Positions 23,451-36,638 of a DNA stretch of 64,000 bases are shown here, in pieces. The DNA is from the human T2T-CHM13v2.0 reference genome, Homo sapiens. Made by a program: the position numbers and the translations under genes. The first letter of the stretch is position 1; each line of letters opens with the position of its first letter. The notes under the pieces are model-generated. The model did no database searches. It saw nothing but the letters and a program-made list of their open reading frames with translations, and was not told the origin of the DNA. Location of the stretch: the NCBI RefSeq assembly GCF_009914755.1, contig NC_060930.1, one strand, 5' to 3'.

Positions 23451-24186
23451 TGGGAGGACACAGCTTGGGTCTGTCAGCAGTCATCTTTCTCATCAAATGG
23501 GGTAGGCCTATTTGTATAACAACAATACAGGTAAGAATAAGCAAAATCAAGGAATGGACAAAGGACCACCAAAGAAATCACTCCAAGCTCTAATTAATCT
23601 GCACAATGTTATTTATACTCTTAAACTCTCTGGTAACGTAGAAGATTGTGTTCATGAGTGCAGTTTCTAATACTTGTTACCAAACTGAGTCTCAAACCGA
23701 AAAATTTATTTCTCTGCAAATTCACACTAATGAGCTTGCACCCTGGACTCAGGGAATAGAGTCTCGTACTGTATATTCTCTGATGTCTTCAGAACCTTGG
23801 CAAAGTCACTAATCCCTTAAAATTAAAGATTTATTAATTCATTAACCATTACAATCAAAATGTGATTGACAATCTCTTTTTTAGTAAGCCATAATTCTGC
23901 ATCATTTAACTTAGTGTTGTTTAAAATGAGTGAATGTGTTCATCAATAACAGATTTACCATTATGGTAAACCATGGCCAGGCCTTCTTTACTGAATCTCC
24001 AAGTAAACTCAATAATATATTGAAAACTAAAGCATTGAAGTACCTAAATTATGTAACATAAACTTTTGAGCTTATTCTGTTTTACAGGAGATGATATAGC
24101 AGTGTGAAAAATCTTTTCTGATCTTAAAAAATACTTCTAGAGTTAAACTCTATAATTTTGCTTCACATTTAAAAATTTTATTCTAC

Positions 24187-24482
<296 letters not shown>

Positions 24483-25309
24483 TTATTTTGCATAGCCCTA
24501 CACTCACCACCACAAGTAAATGGATGGCACAGGCTTTACTGTAGAGAACGTTGAGAATACAGATGCAAAAGAGAAAAGCACGTGTTAAGAAAATTTTTCC
24601 CAATTACATGAGTGTACTTTTTGATGGAACATGTTTTACATTATGAAGAGTGGTACTTTAAAACATGTATGTAATACATAGTGCATTGTAGAAAAAGATT
24701 AATTTTCTCAGATTTTTTTGGTCCCAAAATGGTACTTATATGAGCCTCTTTAAAAATGCAGGACTATGTTTTAGATTTGTAGTACTAACCATACATACAT
24801 GTGTACATACATCGTACATACATACGTAGTGCTGTGGCTGCTGAATTCCTCAGAAGACAGTTTGTGATAATGCACATCATAAGATGGTAGTGGTGAAAGT
24901 TATTTAAGTTGAAAGAAACCACCCGAAACATATCGTGAGAATATTTCACGAACACAGTGGCAGAGACTAGATTAAGCAATGCATATCCAAGGAAATTTGA
25001 GGTTTCCTTTCTAATGAAGCGGTTTAAAGAAGAGGGTAGTAGGAGATACTCTTGACTGAGTAGATTGAGGCCCCAAGAATAGGGCTTTGAATGCAGAGCT
25101 AAGAATTTTGGAGTAAGTGGAGAAGTATCAACAGATTTATCTCATAGCTCATTATTATGGTAAACACTGTAGCATTTTAAAGCATTTTTCAGCACAATGT
25201 GTTATCTATTTTGTTCAAAATCATATTTGCAGCCCATGTGCTCATGGATTTTGGTTTTCTTCTTTGAGCCTAGAGGGGACTCCAGTATCATCATTTTATT
25301 GATATAGAT

Positions 25310-26026
25310 CAGTGGTTCTTAGAATTTTCACGACCCATTTAAATTGTCATAATCTCCTCGTGCTTCAGACAGATGACAACAAAATGTGGTGGCCTAAACA
25401 ACAGAAATTTATTTTCTCACTGTTCTGGAGGTGGGAAGTCTGAGATCAAGGAGCCAGCATGGTCAAGTTCTGGTGAGGGCTCTCTTCCTGGCTCCTAGAT
25501 GGCCACATTTTTACTGTGTCCTCATGAGGTCTTTCCCCTGTGTTTGCGAAAAGACAGAGAGAGAGAGAGAAAGAGATCTTCTCTTCTTATAAGGTCACCA
25601 GTTCCAACAGATTAGGACCTTACTCTTATGACCTCATTTAACCTTAATTACTTCCTAAACATTCTATCTCCAAATATAGTCACATTAGGACTTAGGGCTT
25701 CAACATATGGATTTGGGGTGGGGGGCATGACAAAATTCAGTCCATCGCAACACTCTTTGGAATTACTGAGCATCCCAAAGAGCTTTTGCTTATATGGGTT
25801 ATATCCATTGATATTTATTATATTAGAAATAATATCAAAAGAATTTATAAACACTATGCTCCAATGCACATTTCATTCATTGTTGGAAAACTCCACTTAT
25901 ACTCATGGGAAAATAGAATGAAAAAGGCAAATAGCATTTTAGTATTATTATGACAATAGTTTTGACGTCACATACAACCTAAAAGGTGATTTCCAGTGGC
26001 CCCCAAACTAACTTTGGAAACCATTC
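25310..26026 (+). mobile_element. hAT-Charlie MITE (MER119/Charlie7-like) interrupted by an MLT1 LTR
   Basis: cagtggttct...actttggaaaccattc termini; 8-bp TSD atatagat (25302-25309) / atatagaa (26027-26034); internal cccaaagagcttttgcttatatgggttatatc. Confidence 0.7.
25345..25749 (-). mobile_element. MaLR solo LTR, MLT1A-like
   Basis: aaacaacagaaatttattttctcactgttctggaggtgggaagtctgagatcaagg...aaattcagtccatcgca. Confidence 0.85.
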
Positions 26027-27929
26027 ATATAGAAGAAAATTGAGCTATCTGAATATTTTTAAAATAAGCAATTCTTCCAAAAAGAAGTCATTGTTAAACT
26101 TCTTTTCTAGCAGCTATCTTGGATTCTAAGGATCTCCTTTGTTTGTTTGAAGATTAGGACAATACACAGAAATTAAAGGGCCAGTCCACCTTCCTGCATC
26201 CTGCCACCATGTTCACACACAAACCCTAAGCAGGTATAAGCTTTCATTCTTATCTTTATGATAGCCTACTCTTCTCTTAGAACAAATCAACTTCAGGGCT
26301 GTGCTCACAGGCCAGACAAAAGATAGGCAGATATTGATTTTACCAGGAATGGCAGAATGATTATGTCCTCATCTTCTCTTTGTACAGCAAACTCTTGTCA
26401 TCCTTAAAGCGCGTGGGTGCATAGGCACACACATACACACATCCCATCTTGATCTTCAAACATAGGAAAGCATTTATTGAAATCGTTTTCATAAGGAAAC
26501 ATCACTGTAATATTGAAATATAAATTCTTAAAAACACCATGATTTCTATAACTCATTTTTTCTAGTACTGGCATCAAAGTGAGTTTTCTTATTAAATGTC
26601 ATTGAATGTTTTGCCACCAAAGATTTGGCCTTATGTTCTTACAATCATATATTGTCTCTCTGTGTTTCTTTCAATATCAGCAATTAACATACTTGGAATG
26701 GAACTTCAATCTACAATATTACTCTCTTCTTAGAAACATGGGCATTTTAAATAATTATCAAAACCACTGCAAAGTTGGTACTCCAAGCTACTGAAAAATG
26801 ACTTTCATTAATTTGATATGCAAGAAAAATATATCCTGCTTTTTTACTTCATAATTTTTAATATTATGTTGACTTTTAAAAGACCTAAAAAGAATAAAGT
26901 TTACATTCTGACAGCTAGAGTCAAAATTAATGTAAAGAACAATGCCTGAGGTGAAAGTGATTTCATTAATAAATAACAGAACCTGGGTTGCGGAAGACAC
27001 TAGTTCTCAGTGTAAAAGAACCCCAAATATGCAATCATGAATATTTCCGTTCCCTTTTTTCAAGCAGATATTAAGATAAGTGGGCTGGCTCCCCAAACCA
27101 TTTTTATAATCATGTCTTCAATAAACACTTTTATGAACTTTATATTTGAATATCATCAAGACACATTTATTACTTAGAGGCAGGTATTAGGGATGGGAAT
27201 TGTAGGTCTTCAGTAATCAGAAGACAAACTTGTTGGAAGCTAGATAGTTTTCAGTTTATTTGTCTTATTCAAGAAGGTAGGAAATATAACTGCTGTAGTC
27301 AGAGAGTGATAGTAATCTTGTCATCAAAATCGCATATTTTCGACAGTTTTGAGTACATTTAATAGGATGTATATTGATTTAAGTTATTCTTAGAAAAAAG
27401 AAAGTGCTGCATTAAGAAAACAGCTAACTTCTATAATCTTTTGGTTGGAGAATGAAAAACTTAAGAGTATAATTAATATCAGTTATCTTCATTTCTCTCA
27501 ATCAAATCTTGCACTTTGATCTTCTGCCTAATTATTCTAGGAAAAAATCTAATTTTTTTCTAATATCCATCCTTGTTGATAGAAAAAAAATAAAAGAATG
27601 AATGCACAGCTCTTTGATTCTTTTGGCTCACTTTAGAGTATTTAGAAAATTATAGAAATCTCTTCTAAAAATCAAAGTCACCTGGATTCCTTCCACCTTG
27701 AGAGATCCAGTAATTTATTGTATTGTGGTATATTCCACAGAGCAATATTCTGTATCCCCAGACATCATTCTAAAGCATTATTTTCAATGGTAGAATGAGG
27801 TAAATAAATAAACAGTAAGTCATTTGCCTCATGGTTACAAAAGAATATCGAGTTCACAAAGATCTGATGTATCAATAGGAGGAGGCAGTTCTGAATGCTA
27901 AATCAAATTATACCTTTTCCTGTTGGGAT

Positions 27930-28080
27930 TTCAACATCTGCCTCAATGTAGATTGATGAGAATAAAGGAGGCCATCAGAGGCCCTTTGTCTGTGCTTGTT
28001 TGGGTGAAACAGCTGACAAGTGGCCATCAGATTACCCACAGAGGGGCAGCTGTGAGATAAGAGTTTGACAGCTGACTTCA
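27930..28080. promoter_or_regulatory. Candidate enhancer: bHLH E-box / GATA / TALE (TGACAG) motif cluster
   Basis: CATCTG 27935, CAGCTG 28010, 28047 and 28069, CAAGTG 28017, AGATAA 28055, TGACAG 28066 in unique, GC-raised sequence. Confidence 0.45.
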
Positions 28081-29519
28081 TTATAATTCCTAGGCTACAG
28101 ACTGCAATGGATTTGTCCTTTAATTGAGCTGGGCCAGAGAACTGCCCAGAGAGGAAATGGGAGGAAAATGCTTGGATACTGATAACAACGGCAAAAGTAG
28201 CAGGTAAATCCCACTCTATGACAGAACAAATAGTATCAGGACAATCCTGGGAAAAAAAAAAAAGCAAAACATGTTTTGGTATGTTGAGCATTTCAATCGC
28301 TTCAATTGAAATTCCTGTAAGTTGACTATTGGAATGTTTTTAGAAATTTCTTTATTAATCCGGATCATTTTCCCCTTAGCAGGCAATTGTCTGCTAAAAA
28401 AAAGCATAAAAATAATATTTGCCTATCACTTCCTTTGCCACATGCTTTTGAATGCTATGTATCAAGAGAAGTTTCTCGAAAGCATAGGAGCAACTAGGAG
28501 ATTTATGTACAAAAAAGCAAAGATTTTCTATGGTTAACAAGATTTTGGAGAAATTTGTGACAGAAAAAAGGAAACAAACTGTAGCTTGTCAAATTATATG
28601 GTTCACCATGATTCAACATGTATAGATATATTTAGGAACATAAAACAGCATAAGGTCAAATATTCCTTAGTGAAATCTTGCAAACTGAAATATCAAAGGC
28701 AACTGGATTTACCAAAACATGTATGTCAAAATAATTCACTATTTCATATTAAAACAAAGATAATTTAAAACTGCATACAATGTGAAAATGTTACAGATTT
28801 TTACTTTGGGAAATAACTTTGTAACGGGCTTTGGCATTTAAATATATGTGCTTCTGTAATTCACCTTCTTTTGCTTCTACTACATTTTTCTCCCCATTCA
28901 CGATAAGAGTCAGTGTGAAATCACTAAAAATTCACACTGGTCATAAATAAAATAATGCATATTGTTCAATGTCATTGTGATAAATGCTTTTTGTGAATAT
29001 ATCTATTTCTATTAGCTTATTATTTTATATATTGAAACTTTTATTATTTGCAAATATAGGATCAAATGAATAAATTAACCACAATAATTCAACCATTTTT
29101 TTGTTAATATTTTCTGTTTCCTTTCTCAGAAAATTTTTGCGAGATCATCACAAGAAGAAAAGTCTAAATGTATTATTATTGTTTACTCTTCCTGTCTATG
29201 AATGCAAAGCCAGAAATGTGAAATATTTAAATAATAATCAAAAGAAAATCTAGATGATGTTATATTGATAATTGTTTTTAGAATCATGGAATTTTATGCA
29301 CTCAAATATCTAATGATCATTTACTCAAATCACTCCTTTCTTTTGGGGAGCAAAAATCAATGTAGAGATGGAATTCATCATAAGACTCACAACTTGTTAA
29401 CAGAGATCTTCTGAACAGAGGAATTTGAAGTCCGCTTTATTGAGACCAAGAGTTGGATATCACTGTCAGGCTTTTCACACGATGTCAATACTTAATTCAA
29501 GAAGGACATTCCCTTAATA

Positions 29520-29785
29520 TAACATAGTGGTTGAGAATACAGGCTCTGAGCTAAATTGCCCAAGAGCAAATTCCACCTCTGCCATCTACTATTCATCTAT
29601 TCTTGGACAAGTCATTTTCAAATATCTTTGAACCTGATTCCTTATCTGTAAATTTAGTTGGCTAATATTATCTACTTTAAAATATTACAGGTTGTGTGTG
29701 TGTGTGTGTGTGTGTGATGATTAATACATGTATAACCCTTAGAACATGTATAAAGTAAGCTTAATATTAAAGGAAGTGTTAACTA
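29520..29785 (+). mobile_element. MIR with internal (TG)12 at 29693-29716
   Basis: atagtggttgagaatacaggctctgag...cttggacaagtca...ttccttatctgtaaa. Confidence 0.75.
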
Positions 29786-31559
29786 TGTTCCACTCTCTTC
29801 ACCCCAGTTATCCGATTTTTAGAATAAATAAACTAATTAATAAAAATGAGTACATTAAAAATTGCATTTTATGTTAATTTCTTAGAATAAGTAAAATAAT
29901 AATAAAATAAATATACAATATAAAAATAAGTGCTCTCTTATGAAAATAGTATCCAGTAATAGATTTTCCAAAACTATCTACCTATATTATTTGAGAAAAT
30001 AAACATTCAAGAATAAAATATCCAACTCAGAAGGATCAATTCTAGAGACAGTTTCTGATTTACTCTCCTGGAGATTTTGCTTCACTTGTTGCCCCCTTTT
30101 CTTGTAATGATTTCCACAGTTACTAATCCCTTCACATCCAGGGGAAAAAATGGAAAAATGAAAACAGAGAGAAAGGATACTAAAATTAGTCAAGCTCTGA
30201 TATGACCACGGCAAATCTATTGCCAGAGAAGGAGGTGCAGATTTATTTTATACCCTTATTTGAATTTTGGTGATGGGGTCCAGACTTCATCTTGTTTTCT
30301 GCTGTCTAGAATATTGTCTTCCTAGATTTTTTTTACCTCAATCAAATATTATTTTTAAACAACAATTGTTTTGCTGATATGCCCAATCAACTTGCCATTA
30401 TGAGAGAGACATGGTATTAGCACTATTTTATAAAATGGTGGCGATTAATACGTAGCCCTAAAAATCCCGTGGTTTTGTCTCTTTCCCTCCAACAGATAGG
30501 ACAATGATCTCTTGAAAGACTTCCCGTAATAGGTCACAGAATAATAATATCTTAATACCTCAACACCATAATTTACATGTGATAAAATTTAGCACACACG
30601 TAAGATGGGGCAGGTTTTCCCACAAACTCCAAAACACCAGTGACATTTTTAGAAATTAAATGTGTCTATTAAGTAACGGCCACTAAAATTAAATTACATG
30701 TATGCCATACACTGTGTTTCTTTACCAAGTAAGATAATGGAAAGAAGTACAGCTTATTGACCGCTAATGTAATGCCTTGCAATGCCTTGCTTGTAAAAAA
30801 TGCCAACCTAATTTTTTTCACCTCTAGGAGTTTGTCTGGTGGCTGTAATGCTAAAATGATGCTTCTTTGGTCAGGTCCAGGGTGGGTCCCTACTCTCAGA
30901 CATCAACATTGATATGAGGATCATACATAATCTCTTTCTCATTCTGAATTACCTAAACCCAGGCATTCAAATGAGTAGTTTAAAAGACTAAGGTTGGAAA
31001 ACCACCTTAAAATATAAAAGCCCTGAACGTGACTTTTAGCTTCACTTGAAGGGTATCTGTGAACCAGATACACATTTTCACAGTTACTCCTTCAGATGAA
31101 ATTTGGCTTTGGTAAGAAATGGCTGTAGGAATAGCTCACCGCAATCCTTCAGAGCTGTTACAATTTAATCTTCAGAAAATTCTATGAAAGTGATGTATTT
31201 ATGTCAGTACTGGTATAGATACTAGAACAAGAAGAACACTGAAAGCGACTAAAGATTAATTTAGCCTCCTATATTCAGGTACTGCTAATCAAGGACCCAA
31301 AATCAAGTGATGAGGGATAGAGAAGGAAGAAAAAAATGAAAAAAACAGGTGCACTCAATCCAAATTTGTCTAGTTAGCTAAATATTGGGACTTTTTTAGT
31401 CTGAGACAAAATACTTAAAAAATAAAAAGTCTAAGTTTAAGTAGGAACCATTTTCCCAAAAACATCACATAATCTGTTATGGCATTAGGGAACTTAAAAT
31501 TCACCTCATTCTGTTAGAGTTCTCCTTTATCTCTGACACAGAGTGATCATTATTTCATC

Positions 31560-34230
31560 TCAAGTATAAGCATTTAAAGCTGTAGTTTCCCATTTATCAC
31601 AGACTAAGCTGTATCCCACAAATTTTGATGTGCTGAATCACTATTACAATTCAGTTTGAAATAATTTTCAAATTTATTTGTGATTTTTTTCTTTGACCCA
31701 TGGGTCATATAGAAGTGTAGTGTTTGATTAGAAAATATTTTTAGTTATCCAGAGAATTGTGTGGTTTTAATCCCTTCTCACCAGAGAGTATACTCTATAT
31801 TATTTATTTTCAATTTATTAGGACTTCCTTTATATTTCCACATAGGGTCTCTCTTGGTGAACATGCCATATGCTCAAGAAAATCATATATTTTTTCTGTT
31901 TGGTGAATGCAGTGTTCTATAATATCAATTAGGTCAAGGCAATTGACACTATTATTGAAGCAATCTAGCTATTGATTTTTTTTGTTTGTTTCTTGGTCTA
32001 GGCATTCTATCAATTGACAAGAGTGATGTTAAAATTTCCAACTGTGATTGTGAAATACTGTCAGTTTCTGTTTCATATGTTTTAAAGTTCCGGTATTAGG
32101 CACATGAAGCTATATAATTGTATTTATTCCTGATAAATTGAACATTTTATCATTATGAAATATCACTCATTACCTTTGGAAATATTTTTCTCTCAAAGAA
32201 TAGGTTGCCTGATATTAACATAGCCATCTCAGCCTTCTTAGGCTTGCTGTAAGCATGACAAACCTTTTTCCATTGATTTGTTTTCAACTTATCTCTGTCT
32301 TTGTATTTAAAGGGAATCAATTAGAGATAACAGATAGTCAAGTCTTTCATGTTTTTTTAATCCTTTCTGATAGTCACTGACTTTTAATTGGAGTGCTTAG
32401 TCCGTTAACATTTAATATGATTATTGATGTAGCTGTGATTTAGTTCTTCCCTTTTGCTTTTCGTTTTCTGTTACTTGTTTCTATTTTTTAGTTCTTTCTT
32501 TCCTATATTCTACTTGATTAATTTGGTATTGTTAGTATTCTGTTTTAATGTTACAATAGGCTTTTTCGACTTCCCCATTTACATTAATTTTTAGTGGTGG
32601 TTGTAGGGATTATAATATATGTTCTTAATTTTTATGTGTATTTAGTGTTAATACTGTACCATCTCACATTATGTGTAGAAAACTTCTATCTTTCGTATTA
32701 AGTTGTTATATATATCACAAACACTTAAAATTGTAACCCCCCGCAAGAGACAATGTAATAATATTTGTTTTAAATCATCGTACTTTTTTTATTAAAGGGA
32801 ACAAAAATAGTACTAGTCTGTTGGAAATAAATTATCTTACTTTTTCTTCTTTTTTTAGAAAGTGGCATTATTTCATCTTCATTCTTAAAAGGTAATTTTG
32901 CTGGTTATAGAATTCAGAGTTGGGTTTGTTTTTCATTTTTGCTTTCAAGATATTGGTTCACTGCTTTCTTCGCTGCAGATTTTCTCATGAGAAATCAGTG
33001 TTAATTCAAATGACTCTTCCTCTGTAGATAATATGCTGGGGTGTTTTTTGTCTGCTTTCAAGATTTTTTCTATCTTTGGCATTTGTAGTTTCACCTAATG
33101 TGCCGTAGGCATGGTTTTCTTTGCAGTTATTCTGCTTGATATTTGCAAAATATTATGAATCTTTACATGTTTCACCAAATTGGAAAAATGTTGAACATTG
33201 TTTTCTTAAATATATTTCCCACCCCATTCTTACTCTTGTCTTCTTCTGGGACTGTTATTACATGAATGTTAGATCTTTTTATATAGTTCCATATGTTCTT
33301 GAAGATCTATTCTTTTTTATTTAATTTTTATCACTTGATTGATTAGGTTTATTTTCTGTCATCTGCATTATTCGTTAAGAGTTCACTTTTTACAAAATCT
33401 CAGATATTTTATGTTGTACTTATATAATATCTATTCGGTTTCTTTTTTAATAGTTGCTGCTTCCTTGCTGATAGTTCCTTTTGTTTTATTCATTGTAAGC
33501 ATAATTTCTCTTACATTCTTGAATAGTGTATAATTGCTGTTAAAAATATTTGTCTGCTCATTGTAATATCAATTATCTCAGGATTGTCTTTTCTATTCCA
33601 AATGGGTCAAATATTTTTGGTTTTTCATGTGTAGAATGATTTTAGATTGTATTTTGAGTATTGTTAAGTCATAGAGTCTTAGGACTTTGCTTTTTTCATT
33701 TGTAAAATTTTTAATTTTGTTGTTCTTTTTATTGTTTTAGCAGGCATTTAACTTGTAGAAATTCAACTGAAAATTCTTTATCTCAAATCTCAGTTTAGTC
33801 TAGTCTGTTTATCCTTTGCTGGAGTCTGTCATGAGCAGGTGTGAAAGTGTAGCAAAGAGAAGTGAAACAGATTCGGGCAGAGTTTATACAAAAAAATTTG
33901 GTTTTTATTTTTTTTCTAGCCTCACCTCTACTTGATCCCCTCTACTTTCAAGCATCTATTAATTGTCTCAAACTCAGTTCTCTTGCTCATCAGGACTCAC
34001 AATCATGTTTTCAAAGTTTTAGCTGCTTTGTGTGCAGCTCACTTTGACTAAACACTTAACAAATAGAAAATCATACAAGCTATCCTTTCTTCCAAGTTTT
34101 TACTCCTCCCAAAACCTGTCTGCTGTTGCTCACTTACTGTCACTGTGGTTTTTTTTAATTGACCTGTTGGTGGTTCTCATATGCATAAGGATTAGGTCCT
34201 GTTTGAAATTACTTTGTTATACCAGAAGTA
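31560..34230 (-). mobile_element. Ancient L1M (ORF2 endonuclease, ORF1 and 5' region)
   Basis: gcatttaaagct...gtatcccacaaattttgat, gttaaaatttccaactgtgattgtg, ttttgctggttatagaattc; heavily diverged. Confidence 0.75.
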
Positions 34231-34604
34231 GGACACCGATCTTTTTTTCCCATAAGTTATTGGGGTACAGGTGGTATTTAGTTACATGAGTAAGTTCTTT
34301 AGTGGTGATTTGTGAGAGTTTGGTACACCCATTATCCGAACAGTATATACTGCACTATATTTGTTGTCTTTTACCCCCCACTCCTCCCGCCAAGTCCCCA
34401 AAGTCCATTGTATCATTCTTATACCTTTGCGACCTCATAGCTTAGCTCCCACATATCAGTGAGAACACACCATGTTTGGTATCCCATTCCTGAGTTACTT
34501 CACTTAGAATAATAGTCTCCAATCTCATCTAGTTACTGCAAATGGTGTTAATTCATTCCTTTTTATGGCCGAGTAGTATTCCATCATATATATATACCAC
34601 AGTT

Positions 34605-35038
<434 letters not shown>

Positions 35039-36340
35039 TAACGACTTATTTTCCTCTGGGTAGATACCCAGTAGTGGGATTGCTGGATCAAATGGTAGTC
35101 CTACTTTCAGTTCTTTAAGGATTCTCCACACTGTTTTCCATGGTGGCTGTATTAGTTTACATTCCCACCAGCAGTGTAGAAGTGTTCCCTGATCAATGCA
35201 TCCACGCCAACATCACTGTTTTTATTTTTTGATTATGGCCATTCTTGTAGGAGTAAGGTGGTGTCTCATTGTGGTTTAGATTTGCATTTCCCTGATCATT
35301 AGTGACGTTTAGCATTTTTTCATATGTTTGTTGGCCATTTGTATATCTTCTTTTGAGAATTGTCTATTTATGTCCTCAGCCCACTTTTTGATAACGTTGT
35401 TTGTTTTTTTCTTACTGATTAGTTTGAGTTCATTGTAGATTCTGGATATTAGCTTTTTGTCAGATGTACAGATTGTGAAGATTTTCTCCCACTCTGTAGG
35501 TTGTTTACTCCACTGACTGTTCCTTTTGCTGTGCAATTGCTCTTTAGTTTAATAGGTCCCAGCTATCTATCTTTGTTTTTATTGCATTTGCTTTTGGATT
35601 CTTGGTCATGAAAGCCTTGCCTAAGCCAATGTCTAGAAGGGTTTCTCCAATGTTATCTTCTAGAATTTTTATAATTTCAGGCCTTAAGTCCTTCATCCAT
35701 CTTGAGTTGAGTTTTGTATAAGGTGAGAGATGAGGATCCAGTTTCATTCTCCTACATATGGTTAGCCAATTATTCCATCACCATTTGTCGAAAAGGGTGT
35801 CCTTTCCCCACTTTATGTTTTTGTTTGCTTGTTGAAGATCAGTTGGCTGTAAGTATTTGGGTTTATTTCTGCATTCTCTATTCTGTTTCATTGGTCTATG
35901 TGCCTATTTTTATACCAGTATCACCCTGTTTTGGTGACTATGACCTTATAGTATAGTTTGAAATCAGGTAGTGTGATGCTTCCAGATTTGTTCTTTTGCT
36001 TTGTCTTTCTTTGGCTATGTAGGCTCTTTTTGGTTCCATATAAATTTTAGAATTGTTTTTTCTAATATTCTGAAGAATGATGGTGGTATTTTGATAGGGA
36101 TTGCATTGAATTTGTAGATTGCTTTTGGCAGTATGGTCATTTTCACAATATTGATTCTACCCATTCATGAGCATAGGATGTGTTTCCATTTGTTTGTGTT
36201 GTCTATGATTTCTTTCAGCAGTGTTTGGTAGTTTTCCTTGTAGAGGTCTTTCAACTCCTTGGTTAGGTATACTCCTAAGTTGTTTTTTGTTTTTTGTTTT
36301 TTGTTTTTTTGGCAGCTATTGTAAAAGGGGTTGAGTTCTT

Positions 36341-36638
<298 letters not shown>

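Noticed and set aside
29110-29175. Strong plus-strand acceptor near 29129
   Set aside because: No good donor nearby, so insufficient alone.
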